Of a stretch of 64,000 nt of DNA, positions 43,770 through 53,483 are shown piece after piece. The notes below the pieces were generated by a model. The model was not told where the DNA came from. It worked only from the letters and a program-made list of their open reading frames with translations, and searched no databases. The position numbers were made by a program, and so were the translations under genes. Origin of the DNA: Pyrinomonadales bacterium (GTDB taxonomy: Bacteria; Acidobacteriota; Blastocatellia; Pyrinomonadales; Pyrinomonadaceae); assembly GCA_038200505.1 (NCBI GenBank), contig JBBPXX010000005.1, positions 11,201 to 75,200 of the forward strand, written 5' to 3'. Positions within the stretch are counted from its first letter, which is position 1. Each line of letters opens with the position of its first letter.

Positions 43770-45089
43770 TTACTTTTCGCTGCGTTTCATTCTTAAAAAC
43801 CATACAACGCCCGCACTTGCCGACAGAATCCCCGAAATGACCGTCAGCATTTGCGGCGAAATGTAATACATCAATTCGCTCGAAAAATAGCTGGAAAGTC
43901 CGAAAATCGTCATTTCCGCGCCGCGATCAAGCGTCGAAATCCGTCCGCGAATGTAATCCGGCAAACTGCGTTGAAACATCGTTTCCTGCACTGCATATTC
44001 CACGCCGATAATCGCCCGCGACACGAACGTAAAAAGCATAAACATCCACAAACTCGGCAGATAGCCGCCGATTGCAAACAAAATTCCGTGAATGATCAGC
44101 GACCAGCCGATAAATGCCGAATGCGAATTTTTACGGTCAAGCCAATTTGAAGTGCGATGGGCAAATATCATTCCGAGTGTCAAACCCAAACCACCCGTCG
44201 TCCACAACAGCGCGACCGCCAAATCAGGACTCAGATTATCTTTCGCCGCAAAATAAACGCCGCCCATTCGCTCGAAAATCACGTTGATCGCGCCGCCGCC
44301 CGTCGCCCAGATGACGTTCATCAAAAGAATCGTCAGCGCGAAATGGTTTTTAATCGTGTATTGCAGACCTTCTTTGAGTTCAAAAATAAACGATTCACGT
44401 TTGTGTTCGCCGACAAATTCAGACGGGGAAAATCCGCCCGCCGCCGTAATCGGCGCGGTTAGAATAGTTTCGTCCAAACTTTTGACATATTTTCGTTCGC
44501 GCATCGCTTCTTCGGGAATCAGCCAGACGGATAATGCCGAAACCGCAAACGACGCGGCGTTAATGAGAAAAGCGATTTTGTAGCCGAAAAGAACCGCCGC
44601 GAAACCGCCGAGCGCGGAACCGATTGCCATCAGCAAAAATCTGGTCGAAAACATCAAAGCCGTTCCCGCCAATAATCCGTCTTTGCCGGTCAAATTCGGC
44701 GTGGCGGCATTTTTCGCGCCTTCAAAAAACGCGCCGAAAGTCGAAAGCATCGCCATCGAAAGATATGCGATCCATAAATTTTCCGCGCTGTTGACCAATA
44801 AAAAAGCGAGCGCGACAAAAACACGCGATAAATCCGAAAAAATCATCACATTGCGCCGCGAAAATCGGTCAACAAAAGTTCCGGCAATCGGTGAAAAAAC
44901 GGCAAACGGCAAAAGTCGGCAAGCAAATAAAATTCCCGCCGCCGTCGGCGAAGCGTCCGAAACAACGCGCACCAAACCCAAGCCGGCGATAAAGTTAAAC
45001 CAGTTTCCCATCTCGGAAATAAACTGTCCCCACAAAAGATTGCGGAAATTGCGGTTACTTTTAAGCAGTTGTGAATACGTCAGATTCAT
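43770..45089 (-). CDS. MFS transporter
   Basis: 12-TM-like profile with AGTFVDRFSRRNVM (the MFS loop 2-3 motif). Start taken at MNLTYSQ. The tracked 5' extension overlaps the neighbouring gene. Confidence 0.8.
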   Translation of the reverse strand: MNLTYSQLLKSNRNFRNLLWGQFISEMGNWFNFIAGLGLVRVVSDASPTAAGILFACRLLPFAVFSPIAGTFVDRFSRRNVMIFSDLSRVFVALAFLLVNSAENLWIAYLSMAMLSTFGAFFEGAKNAATPNLTGKDGLLAGTALMFSTRFLLMAIGSALGGFAAVLFGYKIAFLINAASFAVSALSVWLIPEEAMRERKYVKSLDETILTAPITAAGGFSPSEFVGEHKRESFIFELKEGLQYTIKNHFALTILLMNVIWATGGGAINVIFERMGGVYFAAKDNLSPDLAVALLWTTGGLGLTLGMIFAHRTSNWLDRKNSHSAFIGWSLIIHGILFAIGGYLPSLWMFMLFTFVSRAIIGVEYAVQETMFQRSLPDYIRGRISTLDRGAEMTIFGLSSYFSSELMYYISPQMLTVISGILSASAGVVWFLRMKRSEK

Positions 45090-45100
45090 AAATTCAGAGT

Positions 45101-45134
45101 CAAAAAAGCCGTCAGGCTCGAAAACCTGACGGCT
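45101..45134 (-). terminator. intrinsic terminator after the enoyl-CoA hydratase gene
   Basis: Perfect 10-bp stem AGCCGTCAGG/CCTGACGGCT. On the minus strand it is followed by a T run. Confidence 0.75.
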
Positions 45135-45156
45135 TTTGCCAAAAAAAAATAAATTT

Positions 45157-45951
45157 TTAAGTTCCGGTGAAGTTCGGCTGACGTTTCTCAAAAAATGCGT
45201 GAACGCCTTCTTTGAAATCGTCTGATTTGCCCGATTCAATTTGCAGTTGATGTTCCAAATCGAGCTGCTGCGATAAATCGTTTGAAAAAGTCGCGTTGAG
45301 CATTTTCTTGATGCGTCCGACTGAACCTGTCGGTGCAAGCGCGAGTTTTTTCGCCATTTTTGATGCTTCTTCCATTAAATTTTCCGCCGCAACGACACGG
45401 TTTATCATCCCGATTTTTTCCGCGCGTTCCGTCGTCAAAGTGTCGCCCGTCATAAAGAGTTCCGCCGCAAGTTTTTCGCCGACAGCACGCGGCAGAAAGA
45501 AACTTCCGCCGCAATCGGGCGAAAGTCCGATTCGCACAAATGCTTCGTTAAACGTCGCGTTTTCCGCCGCAAAAATAAGATCGCAAGCCAATGCGAAATT
45601 CGTTCCCGCGCCCGCGCAAACGCCCTGCACGACGGCGAGAAACGGAATCGGCGTTTCTCGAATCAGCAAAATAACATCGTGCAGAGCCTTCAACGGGTCT
45701 TCCAAAAACGCCTCGATTCTGCCTTCTTTTTTCCACATCGCCTGCATCTCGCGCAAATCGCCGCCCGAACAAAAAGCGCGACCTTCGCCCGTTAAAATAA
45801 CGGCTCGCGCTTTGTCGTCAATCGCTTTTTCAATCGCCGCGAGCAAATCTTTGCTGAGTTGGAGCGAAAGCGCGTTCAATGCTTCGGGACGATTCATCGT
45901 AATCGTCGCCACGTTTTCCTCAAATTTGTAATTTACCGTTTCTAATGACAT
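45157..45951 (-). CDS. enoyl-CoA hydratase/isomerase family protein
   Basis: Crotonase signature RAFCSGGDL and the oxyanion-hole region GVCAGAG. Confidence 0.88.
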   Translation of the reverse strand: MSLETVNYKFEENVATITMNRPEALNALSLQLSKDLLAAIEKAIDDKARAVILTGEGRAFCSGGDLREMQAMWKKEGRIEAFLEDPLKALHDVILLIRETPIPFLAVVQGVCAGAGTNFALACDLIFAAENATFNEAFVRIGLSPDCGGSFFLPRAVGEKLAAELFMTGDTLTTERAEKIGMINRVVAAENLMEEASKMAKKLALAPTGSVGRIKKMLNATFSNDLSQQLDLEHQLQIESGKSDDFKEGVHAFFEKRQPNFTGT

Positions 45952-46100
45952 AAAATTTTATAGAAGCCAATCCGACTGGAAAAATGATAACAGAAATAGA
46001 AAATCAAATAAATTATGAAAACGTAGAAAATCGGTGGAACGATAAAACAGATTTTCAATAAAAACTTGCACACAAATCGTTTTATTGAGATAACTATTTT

Positions 46101-47762
46101 ATGAAAAATTACAGTTTTGTTTTCTTAATGTGTCTGATTTTATCTTTCTCGATAAATGCCCAACAGAATATTGCGGCTGATCTGGTTATTGTTAACGCAA
46201 ATGTGCGGACGATGAATGCCAAACAGCCGACGGCTCGCTCGATTGCGGTTTTGGGAAATAAAATTATCGCCGTTGGAAAGGATTCCGACACGAAATTTTT
46301 AATTGGTAAAACAACCCGCGTGATTGATGCCAACGGCAAACTCGTTCTGCCGGGATTTAATGACAGCCATATACATTTTATGGACGGCGGTGCGGGGCTT
46401 TCGTCGGTTGATTTGCGGGACGCGAAAACGCCGGAGGAATTCGTCGAGAGAATAAAGAATTTTGCCGCGAAATTGCCGAAAGGTCGCTGGATTTTGAACG
46501 GCAATTGGGATCACGAAAACTGGACTCCGAATAACTTGCCGACCAAAGAAATGATTGATGCCGCAACGCCTGATAATCCGGTTTTTATCAATCGGCTCGA
46601 CGGTCACATGGCACTTGCAAACAGTCTCGCTCTAAAACTTGCCAAGTTTGATAAAAACACAAAAGATGTCGCGGGCGGCGAAATCGTTCGTGATGCAAAA
46701 GGCGATCCGACCGGAATTTTGAAGGATGAGGCGATGAATTATGTTTATGCGGTAATTCCCGAAATGCCTATTGAACAAAAATTGGAAGTTGCCGAAGCCG
46801 CAACGAATTATGCCGCAAGTTTGGGTGTAACGAGCGTGCAGGATATGTCCGCCGGAACGGATGTCGGGGTTTATCAGGAGTTGATGCGGCGCGGCAAGCT
46901 GAAAACCAGAATTTACGCCGTATCGCCGCTTGCCGATTGGCAGCGTTGGCAAAAAGCGGGCGTGCATTACGCCTTCGGCGATTCGATGATTCGCGTCGGC
47001 GGCTTAAAAGGTTTTGTTGATGGAAGTCTGGGTTCGACAACCGCCTGGTTTTACGAACCTTATCTGGATGCACCGGATTCAAAAGGCTTTTCTGTGATCG
47101 AGATGCCGAAAATGTATGAGTTGGCAAGCGATGCGGACAAAGTCGGCTTGCAAATAATGGTTCACGCCATCGGCGACCGTGCAAATGACGAGATGTTAAA
47201 GATTTACGAACGCATCGAAAAAGAAAACGGTGCAAAAGACAGACGCTTTCGCATCGAACACGCACAGCATTTGAATCCCGATCTGATTAAGCGTTTTGCC
47301 TCCGATAAAGTCATCGCTTCGATGCAGCCGTTTCACATAATTGACGACGGACGTTGGGCTTGGAAACGTCTCGACGAAAAACGTCTAAAGTCCACTTATG
47401 CTTTTCGCAGTTTGCTTGATTCCGGTGCGATTCTGGCTTTCGGCACGGATTGGTTTGTCGCACCGCTCAATCCGATGCTCGGAGTTTACGCAGCGGTTAC
47501 GCGGCGAACTTTGGACGATAAAAATCCGAACGGATGGATTCCCGAACAGAAAATCTCGGTCGAAGAAACCGTCCGTGCATACACTTACGGCTCGGCTTAC
47601 GCGGAATTTCAGGAAAAAGTAAAAGGAACTTTGGAAATCGGCAAACTCGCGGATATGGTTATTTTGTCGGATGATATTTTTACGATAAACCCGAACGACA
47701 TCAACAAAACAAAGGTTCTAACTACAGTTGTTGACGGAAAAATCGTTTTCCAAAGTAACTAA
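46101..47762 (+). CDS. secreted amidohydrolase-family metallohydrolase
   Basis: Signal peptide and the GFNDSHIHF metal-binding motif. Length is 553 aa. Confidence 0.8.
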   Translation: MKNYSFVFLMCLILSFSINAQQNIAADLVIVNANVRTMNAKQPTARSIAVLGNKIIAVGKDSDTKFLIGKTTRVIDANGKLVLPGFNDSHIHFMDGGAGLSSVDLRDAKTPEEFVERIKNFAAKLPKGRWILNGNWDHENWTPNNLPTKEMIDAATPDNPVFINRLDGHMALANSLALKLAKFDKNTKDVAGGEIVRDAKGDPTGILKDEAMNYVYAVIPEMPIEQKLEVAEAATNYAASLGVTSVQDMSAGTDVGVYQELMRRGKLKTRIYAVSPLADWQRWQKAGVHYAFGDSMIRVGGLKGFVDGSLGSTTAWFYEPYLDAPDSKGFSVIEMPKMYELASDADKVGLQIMVHAIGDRANDEMLKIYERIEKENGAKDRRFRIEHAQHLNPDLIKRFASDKVIASMQPFHIIDDGRWAWKRLDEKRLKSTYAFRSLLDSGAILAFGTDWFVAPLNPMLGVYAAVTRRTLDDKNPNGWIPEQKISVEETVRAYTYGSAYAEFQEKVKGTLEIGKLADMVILSDDIFTINPNDINKTKVLTTVVDGKIVFQSN

Positions 47763-47774
47763 ATTCAATTTTAT

Positions 47775-47791
47775 TCACATTAATAATGTGA
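47775..47791. promoter_or_regulatory. perfect 17-bp palindrome, candidate operator of the small-protein/HNH pair
   Basis: TCACATT-AAT-AATGTGA ends 28 nt upstream of the ATG at 47819. Confidence 0.45.
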
Positions 47792-47818
47792 TAAATTTGC
47801 AGTCAAGAGGTAAAAGTT

Positions 47819-48217
47819 ATGGCAGTTCAAAATTTACAAGTTACAACAGAAACTCTTTTAGATGTGGTTGTGCAAATGCCGGAAAAGGATTTTGAAAAGT
47901 TTTTTGAAAAAGCCAAAAAACTTCGTTCCGATTCAAGCCGAATTAGTTGGACAAAAGACGAACTCAAAATTATAAAGAAAATTGAAGAGTGTAAATACAC
48001 GCCTGAAAAAGAAAAGCATTTTGCAAATCTTGTCAGGAAGCGACAAAGCGAAACAATTTCGGAAAGTGAATTTAAAGAACTTTCCAAATTAACGAATGAG
48101 GGCGAAGAAAGAACTCTTAAACGACTTAAATTGCTCGTAAAATTGGCGACATTAAAAAACAAATCGCTTGATGAAATTATGAAAATTCTCAAAATTCGTT
48201 CACCCGAAACTTTATGA
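47819..48217 (+). CDS. hypothetical helical protein, 132 aa, partner of the HNH gene
   Basis: Lys/Glu-rich. There is a 4-nt ATGA overlap with the HNH gene, and a perfect palindrome lies in its promoter region. Confidence 0.5.
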   Translation: MAVQNLQVTTETLLDVVVQMPEKDFEKFFEKAKKLRSDSSRISWTKDELKIIKKIEECKYTPEKEKHFANLVRKRQSETISESEFKELSKLTNEGEERTLKRLKLLVKLATLKNKSLDEIMKILKIRSPETL

Positions 48218-48630
48218 GAATTTCAAAAAAGAAGCGAGCCGAGATTGAGGAGAGAGCAGACGATTTATGTGAATATTGCCGACTTCCGCAGACACTTTCA
48301 ACTCACCCTTTCTCAATCGAATATATTTTGCCAATTTCAAAAGGCGGAAGCGATGACCTTGGAAATCTCGCGCTCGCCTGTTCAGCCTGCAACAATTCAA
48401 AATATAATAAAACCGAAGCCGTTGATCCGAGCAGTTTGGAAATTGCCGCGCTTTATAATCCGCGAAAAGATGTGTGGAGCGAACATTTTGCATGGAACTC
48501 GGATTTTTCGCTAATTGTCGGATTAACTGCAAAAGGTCGCGCAACTGTTGAAGCATTAAAATTAAATCGTGAAAGAATCGTAAATATTCGTAAATTTTTA
48601 CATTCCGTTGGCAAACATCCGTCGAAGTAA
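48214..48630 (+). CDS. HNH endonuclease
   Basis: CEYC...H...IEYILPISKGG...NLALACSACNNSK matches the HNH/Cys4 motif. Confidence 0.82.
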   Translation: MRISKKKRAEIEERADDLCEYCRLPQTLSTHPFSIEYILPISKGGSDDLGNLALACSACNNSKYNKTEAVDPSSLEIAALYNPRKDVWSEHFAWNSDFSLIVGLTAKGRATVEALKLNRERIVNIRKFLHSVGKHPSK

Positions 48631-48642
48631 AATAAATTTTCA

Positions 48643-50712
48643 ATGAAAAAATACGTCATCAAACGAGATGAAAATTCGCTTCCCGAACGTCTGACGCGCT
48701 ATCGTAACGAATTAAACGAACAGCAATTTCGCGTCGTTACGGCGAAACCGAATGCCGCGCTGGTCGTCGCGGGCGCAGGAACGGGCAAAACGCGCACGAT
48801 AACTTATCGCGTCGCATATCTGATCGAACAGGGCGTTTCGCCGCAGAGAATTTTGCTCGCCACATTTACAAATCGCGCGGCACGGGAAATGTTAAAGCGC
48901 GTTGAAACTTTGACCGGCTCGCAGAATGTTCATCGCATTTGGGGCGGAACTTTTCACCGCATCGCTAATTTGATTTTGCGAAGACACGCCGTTTCCATCG
49001 GTTTCGATTCAAATTATTCAATTCTGGACGCGGAAGATTCAAAGGATTTTATCAATGTCTGCATCGAAGAAGCCGCGATTGACACGCGCGGGAAGCGTTT
49101 TCCGAAACCGGAAGTCGTTCAAAGCATTATATCTTACGCCAACAACACCGATTCGCCGATTGAAGATGTCATCATTAAAAAATATCCGTATTTTGAAATG
49201 CTTTCGCAGCAAATCAAGCGCGTGGATTTTGTTTATATGGAACGGAAGCGCGAAAGAAATGTGATGGATTATGACGATTTACTTTTGAATTGGAAACGTC
49301 TTTTGCTCGAAAAACCTGAAATCGCCGCCGTTTATGCCGAACAGTTTCAGTATATTTTAGTTGACGAATATCAGGACACGAACAAACTGCAAGCCGAATT
49401 AATTGATTTATTGGCGGTCAAACATAAAAACGTGATGGTCGTCGGCGACGACGCGCAATCAATTTTCGCGTGGCGCGGCGCGGAATTTACGAATATTTAC
49501 GAATTTCCGAAGCGTTATCCGAATGCGGAAACTTATAAATTAGAAAAGAATTATCGTTCAACGCCCGAAATTCTCGGCTTGGCGAATGTTTCGATTGCCA
49601 ATAACCGCAAACAGTTTCCGAAAACTCTGGAAGCGATAAAAAAATCAAAAGGGTTTTTGCCAGCTTTGATTCCGTGTTCGGATGTCGAACAGCAATCGGC
49701 GTTTATCGCATCGAGAATTTTGGAATTGCGCGACGAAGGCACATCTTTAGAAGAAATCGGCGTTTTGTATCGTTCGCATTATCATTCTATTGAATTACAG
49801 CTTGAATTAACGAGAAGAAATATTCCGTATCGTGTGCAAAGCGGCGTGCGCTTTTTTGAACAAGCGCACATCAAAGACGTGATTTCCTACTTGCGAATCA
49901 TCGTCAACCCGCGCGACGAACTCGCTTGGAAACGCATTTTGAAAATGATTCCGAGCGTCGGCAACGCGACGGCGAACAAGATTTACGAAAGTCTGGCGTA
50001 TGCGGAAAATCCTTTTGCTTTGGTCAAACGCGAAGATTTCAAATATCAACCGCGCAGTAAAGGAAACTGGCAAAATTTTGTCAAATTATTGGAAAAAATC
50101 ACGACCGACGAAAATCGCAACAAACCCGCCAAACAAATCGAACTGATTTTAACCAACGGTTACGAGCAGCATTTGACCGAAAATTACGAAAACGCCGAAG
50201 CGCGTCTGGAAGATTTGCGCGGTTTGGCGTTGTATGCTTCGCGTTACGATTCAACTGAAGATTTCTTATCGGAACTTGCCTTGCTTTCAACCGAACGCTT
50301 TAAAGAACCGCAAGCAATCGTCGGCGAAGATGTCGTAATGGGCGGCGAGGAAGACGAACTTTTAACTTTAACCAGCGTTCATCAAGCGAAAGGTCTGGAA
50401 TGGAAAGCCGTCTTTGTAATTTGGGCGGCGGAAGGCAAATTCCCGTCTCCGAGAAGTTTGAAAGAAATTGACAGCGAAGAAGAAGAACGCCGCCTTTGGT
50501 ATGTCGCTTTAACACGGGCGAAAGATGAATTGTATTTAACTTATCCGCTGATGATTGTTGATTATAACCGCCAAACCGTTTTGCAGAAGCCGTCGCGTTT
50601 TATCCAAGAATGTCCGCCCGCGATGTTTGAAATTTGGAGTTTGGAAGAAGACGCGCCGCAATTTGACGCGCCGCTTGAGTTTGAAGACAAAAAGCAGGAA
50701 TTTTTGAATTGA
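48643..50712 (+). CDS. UvrD/PcrA/Rep-family ATP-dependent DNA helicase
   Basis: Walker A AGAGTGKT, motif II VDEYQDTN, and the C-terminal VHQAKGLEW...ALTRAK. Confidence 0.88.
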   Translation: MKKYVIKRDENSLPERLTRYRNELNEQQFRVVTAKPNAALVVAGAGTGKTRTITYRVAYLIEQGVSPQRILLATFTNRAAREMLKRVETLTGSQNVHRIWGGTFHRIANLILRRHAVSIGFDSNYSILDAEDSKDFINVCIEEAAIDTRGKRFPKPEVVQSIISYANNTDSPIEDVIIKKYPYFEMLSQQIKRVDFVYMERKRERNVMDYDDLLLNWKRLLLEKPEIAAVYAEQFQYILVDEYQDTNKLQAELIDLLAVKHKNVMVVGDDAQSIFAWRGAEFTNIYEFPKRYPNAETYKLEKNYRSTPEILGLANVSIANNRKQFPKTLEAIKKSKGFLPALIPCSDVEQQSAFIASRILELRDEGTSLEEIGVLYRSHYHSIELQLELTRRNIPYRVQSGVRFFEQAHIKDVISYLRIIVNPRDELAWKRILKMIPSVGNATANKIYESLAYAENPFALVKREDFKYQPRSKGNWQNFVKLLEKITTDENRNKPAKQIELILTNGYEQHLTENYENAEARLEDLRGLALYASRYDSTEDFLSELALLSTERFKEPQAIVGEDVVMGGEEDELLTLTSVHQAKGLEWKAVFVIWAAEGKFPSPRSLKEIDSEEEERRLWYVALTRAKDELYLTYPLMIVDYNRQTVLQKPSRFIQECPPAMFEIWSLEEDAPQFDAPLEFEDKKQEFLN

Positions 50713-50734
50713 AAGAGGAGATTTTTGGCTTATC

Positions 50735-51859
50735 TCAATCCTGTTTGTCAAATGCTGGAACAAGTGTCAACTTTGGCTTGTCAGGAAATTCAGAACTTTT
50801 GTCTAAGAACTCATTATTGTCTGATCGTTCGGGAACTGCCGACATAATCAACCCCGCAATCAAAGAATTTAATTCAGTTGGTGTGATACATAATTTACGG
50901 GCAATTGAATTTCGAGAAATTCCTTCGGAGCGTAAAACTCCAAATACTTTCCCAAGTACTTGAGAGTCTTCTCTTGGAATACCGTTTTTTTCTTTCTTTC
51001 TTTGCCCCGTTTGACTAAGCTCAATACAAAACGAACGATACTGCCATTCCGTTAATACGTCTAAGTGGCGAAGTCTTACAACTAAAGCAATCGCGGACAC
51101 TTTATATCTCTTTTTGAGTTTTTGAATTGTGTTAAGAGTAAGATTACGTGGAACATTTGCAAGCACATCTTTCGCGGGCATTAAGAACGCTGAAGCAAAT
51201 CTGTCAGCTTCAAGTTCCGCCTGACGGCTTCTTGGAATACCTTTTCTGTGCATACATAGATGTCCTGTTTCATGACCGACATCCATTCTGCCTCGTTCAC
51301 CTGATTTCATTGGATTTAGAAAAATGAATGGTGTTTTGTTATGCCAAACAGAAAAAGCGTCAACAGATGCGCTATCAATTGGTAATGAAAAAACTCTGAT
51401 TCCATTTGCTTCGGCAAGATGCATTATATTTCGTATTGGACGTTGACCTATTCCCCACTCAACTCGTAATATTTCTGCTGATGTTTCGGGGTCTAAATTA
51501 TTTAATTTGGGCAAATTGAGTTTTGGTAAATCGAATTGTCCACTAATCCAATTCTCTAATGATACAGCCAATGTTCCTGACGCTAATGCTGTATCTCGCA
51601 ATGAAGCTGTCATAGAACTGAGTGACCTAAAACTAGCAGAATCGCACTCAATCTCATCAACCCCAGACTCAAAAAAGAATGAAGTTGGAAATTGAAGTGT
51701 TTCACTCAAACTTTGAATTGTTTCATCTGATGGGGTAATTTGTCCTGATTCATAATATCCCAAACTACGATTACTTACTTTAGATTTCTCAGATAACAAT
51801 GCTTTAGACAATCCTCGTCTTTTGCGAGCTAACACTAGACGCGAAGGGTTAAATTCCAT
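50735..51859 (-). CDS. XRE-type HTH fused to an ImmA/IrrE (COG2856) zinc metallopeptidase domain
   Basis: N-terminal HTH (LARKRRGLSKALLSEKSKVSNRSLGYYESG) and the HExxH motif GHETGHLCMH. Confidence 0.85.
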   Translation of the reverse strand: MEFNPSRLVLARKRRGLSKALLSEKSKVSNRSLGYYESGQITPSDETIQSLSETLQFPTSFFFESGVDEIECDSASFRSLSSMTASLRDTALASGTLAVSLENWISGQFDLPKLNLPKLNNLDPETSAEILRVEWGIGQRPIRNIMHLAEANGIRVFSLPIDSASVDAFSVWHNKTPFIFLNPMKSGERGRMDVGHETGHLCMHRKGIPRSRQAELEADRFASAFLMPAKDVLANVPRNLTLNTIQKLKKRYKVSAIALVVRLRHLDVLTEWQYRSFCIELSQTGQRKKEKNGIPREDSQVLGKVFGVLRSEGISRNSIARKLCITPTELNSLIAGLIMSAVPERSDNNEFLDKSSEFPDKPKLTLVPAFDKQD

Positions 51860-51874
51860 AATATTTTCTAATAT

Positions 51875-52501
51875 TTATTGCACTTTACGCATTATGGGAA
51901 TATCAATATCACTATCATCAGACAAATCATCATTAATTTCTATATTTGAGTCAAATGTAAGTGATTCAAGTAAGATACGTTTATCCCAAGACACGATTGT
52001 TCCGTCTTTAGTTATAACAGCGGGAAGTGATAATTCCGAATAAATAACTTCCCCTATTCGCGTTTTCAGCAATATCCAAGTTACTTTATTAATTTCTTTA
52101 GGTTGAAACTCAACATCAGTAAATAAGGAGCGTTGATTCTGAACAACCGCATCTTGGGTAACCGAACCTTTAGGATATTTTGTATGTGGAATTTTGTCAG
52201 CATGTCCTGTTCCCTCATCGCCTGTGGCAACAGCTATTGCAATCTTTTTATCAGGACTCACGACTGTTGAATAGTTTTTGCTGTCATCCCTTGCCCATCC
52301 TTTCACTACTAACTCCTCCCTCAAAACCCGAACTGTTTTACCCCAAGCAATAAAGCCAGGAAGACAAGGCGGATCATTAGCGGTGCAAGAATCCCGTGCT
52401 ATTTCCCCTTCCAATATCGCTGTCTTTAAAATTTCCGCATTTACGCCTATTTCGTCTAAAGCATTTGTAACATCATAGATTTTTGTTTTTACTTCACCCA
52501 T
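51875..52501 (-). CDS. uncharacterised 208-aa protein co-oriented 15 nt upstream of the XRE-ImmA gene
   Basis: Clean ATG with GAGGA 8 nt upstream. No motif recognised. Acidic C-terminal tail. Confidence 0.55.
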   Translation of the reverse strand: MGEVKTKIYDVTNALDEIGVNAEILKTAILEGEIARDSCTANDPPCLPGFIAWGKTVRVLREELVVKGWARDDSKNYSTVVSPDKKIAIAVATGDEGTGHADKIPHTKYPKGSVTQDAVVQNQRSLFTDVEFQPKEINKVTWILLKTRIGEVIYSELSLPAVITKDGTIVSWDKRILLESLTFDSNIEINDDLSDDSDIDIPIMRKVQ

Positions 52502-52634
52502 TAATTAATCCTCAACTAAAAATATATTCGTATATTACATACGTTGCCGATTATTCTCCCTCATTTGAGGAGGAAAATCAAGCAACGCCACTATTTTTTT
52601 GGTAATCCTCTTTGAATTTAAAGTTCACTCTTTT

Positions 52635-53483
52635 TTAAACGCATTCAGCTATTCCGTCTTTAACCGATTTAACAATCTTCAAAACACGGTCAAAATTATC
52701 ATCAGCCCTGCTCTCCAAACGAACAATTTCAAAGACAAATTTTTCCATCTTTTTTTCATTGCTCAAAAGTCCTAAAAGTTCTGATCTTGTAGTTTTGGAA
52801 GAAATTTTTGCAATATCAATTCCTAAAAGTTTTGCTCCCGCAATTTCGTAATCGTAATCTGCATCTTCCAGCCATTCGGGATAATGCTCATAGATTCGGT
52901 CTTCGTTGTCGCCGATGTCCAGATAATTTTTTGCGACTAGCCAAAAATCCGATGTGTCTTTGTTTGAATGACGGTCATTCCAAGCGATGATTTTGAGAAT
53001 TGCCAGACCGACGGGCGAAACGATTTTTATTGTTAGGTTTTTCGATAATTTAACATTCAGAGCAGATTTGTAGGCTTCGGCAAAACCCGTTGTGGTTATC
53101 TCTTTTGCTGTGGTTTGCCAAGTTATTTTCCCCTGCGGCGATTCGATTCCGCCGAATGGAACAATATCAATTTCCGTTTGCGTTTTAACTTCAAACATTC
53201 GGTGTTCGACCTTTGAATCTTGTTGAAAATTCCCTGTTTGAATCAGCGTTTGTTTTAGCTGGTCATATTCCGTCCAATTTTCTATTGCTATCGCAAAATC
53301 AATATCACGAGTTGCAACGCTTTTCGGCAGATTGTAACCAAATTGCAAAACTAAATCGCGTGCGGTTGCTCCGACCAAGAAAACAGGAATGTTTAACTCG
53401 TCGGCAACGGTTTTAACGAGTTCGATAATTTTGACTGTTTGTTGTGGAATTTTATTCGATAAGTCCAGCGAGATATTTATCAT
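52635..53483 (-). CDS. nucleotidyltransferase, AbiEii/AbiGii-toxin-like
   Basis: Pol-beta NTase motif FLVGATARDL...ATRDIDFAI with a later DIVPFG. It overlaps the upstream wHTH gene. Confidence 0.62.
   Translation of the reverse strand: MINISLDLSNKIPQQTVKIIELVKTVADELNIPVFLVGATARDLVLQFGYNLPKSVATRDIDFAIAIENWTEYDQLKQTLIQTGNFQQDSKVEHRMFEVKTQTEIDIVPFGGIESPQGKITWQTTAKEITTTGFAEAYKSALNVKLSKNLTIKIVSPVGLAILKIIAWNDRHSNKDTSDFWLVAKNYLDIGDNEDRIYEHYPEWLEDADYDYEIAGAKLLGIDIAKISSKTTRSELLGLLSNEKKMEKFVFEIVRLESRADDNFDRVLKIVKSVKDGIAECV

Noticed and set aside
48643-50712. UvrD-like helicase as the GajB component of a Gabija system
   Set aside because: There is no GajA-like ATPase/TOPRIM gene adjacent. The neighbours are a small HNH and a helical protein, and the helicase has a full housekeeping-type motif set.
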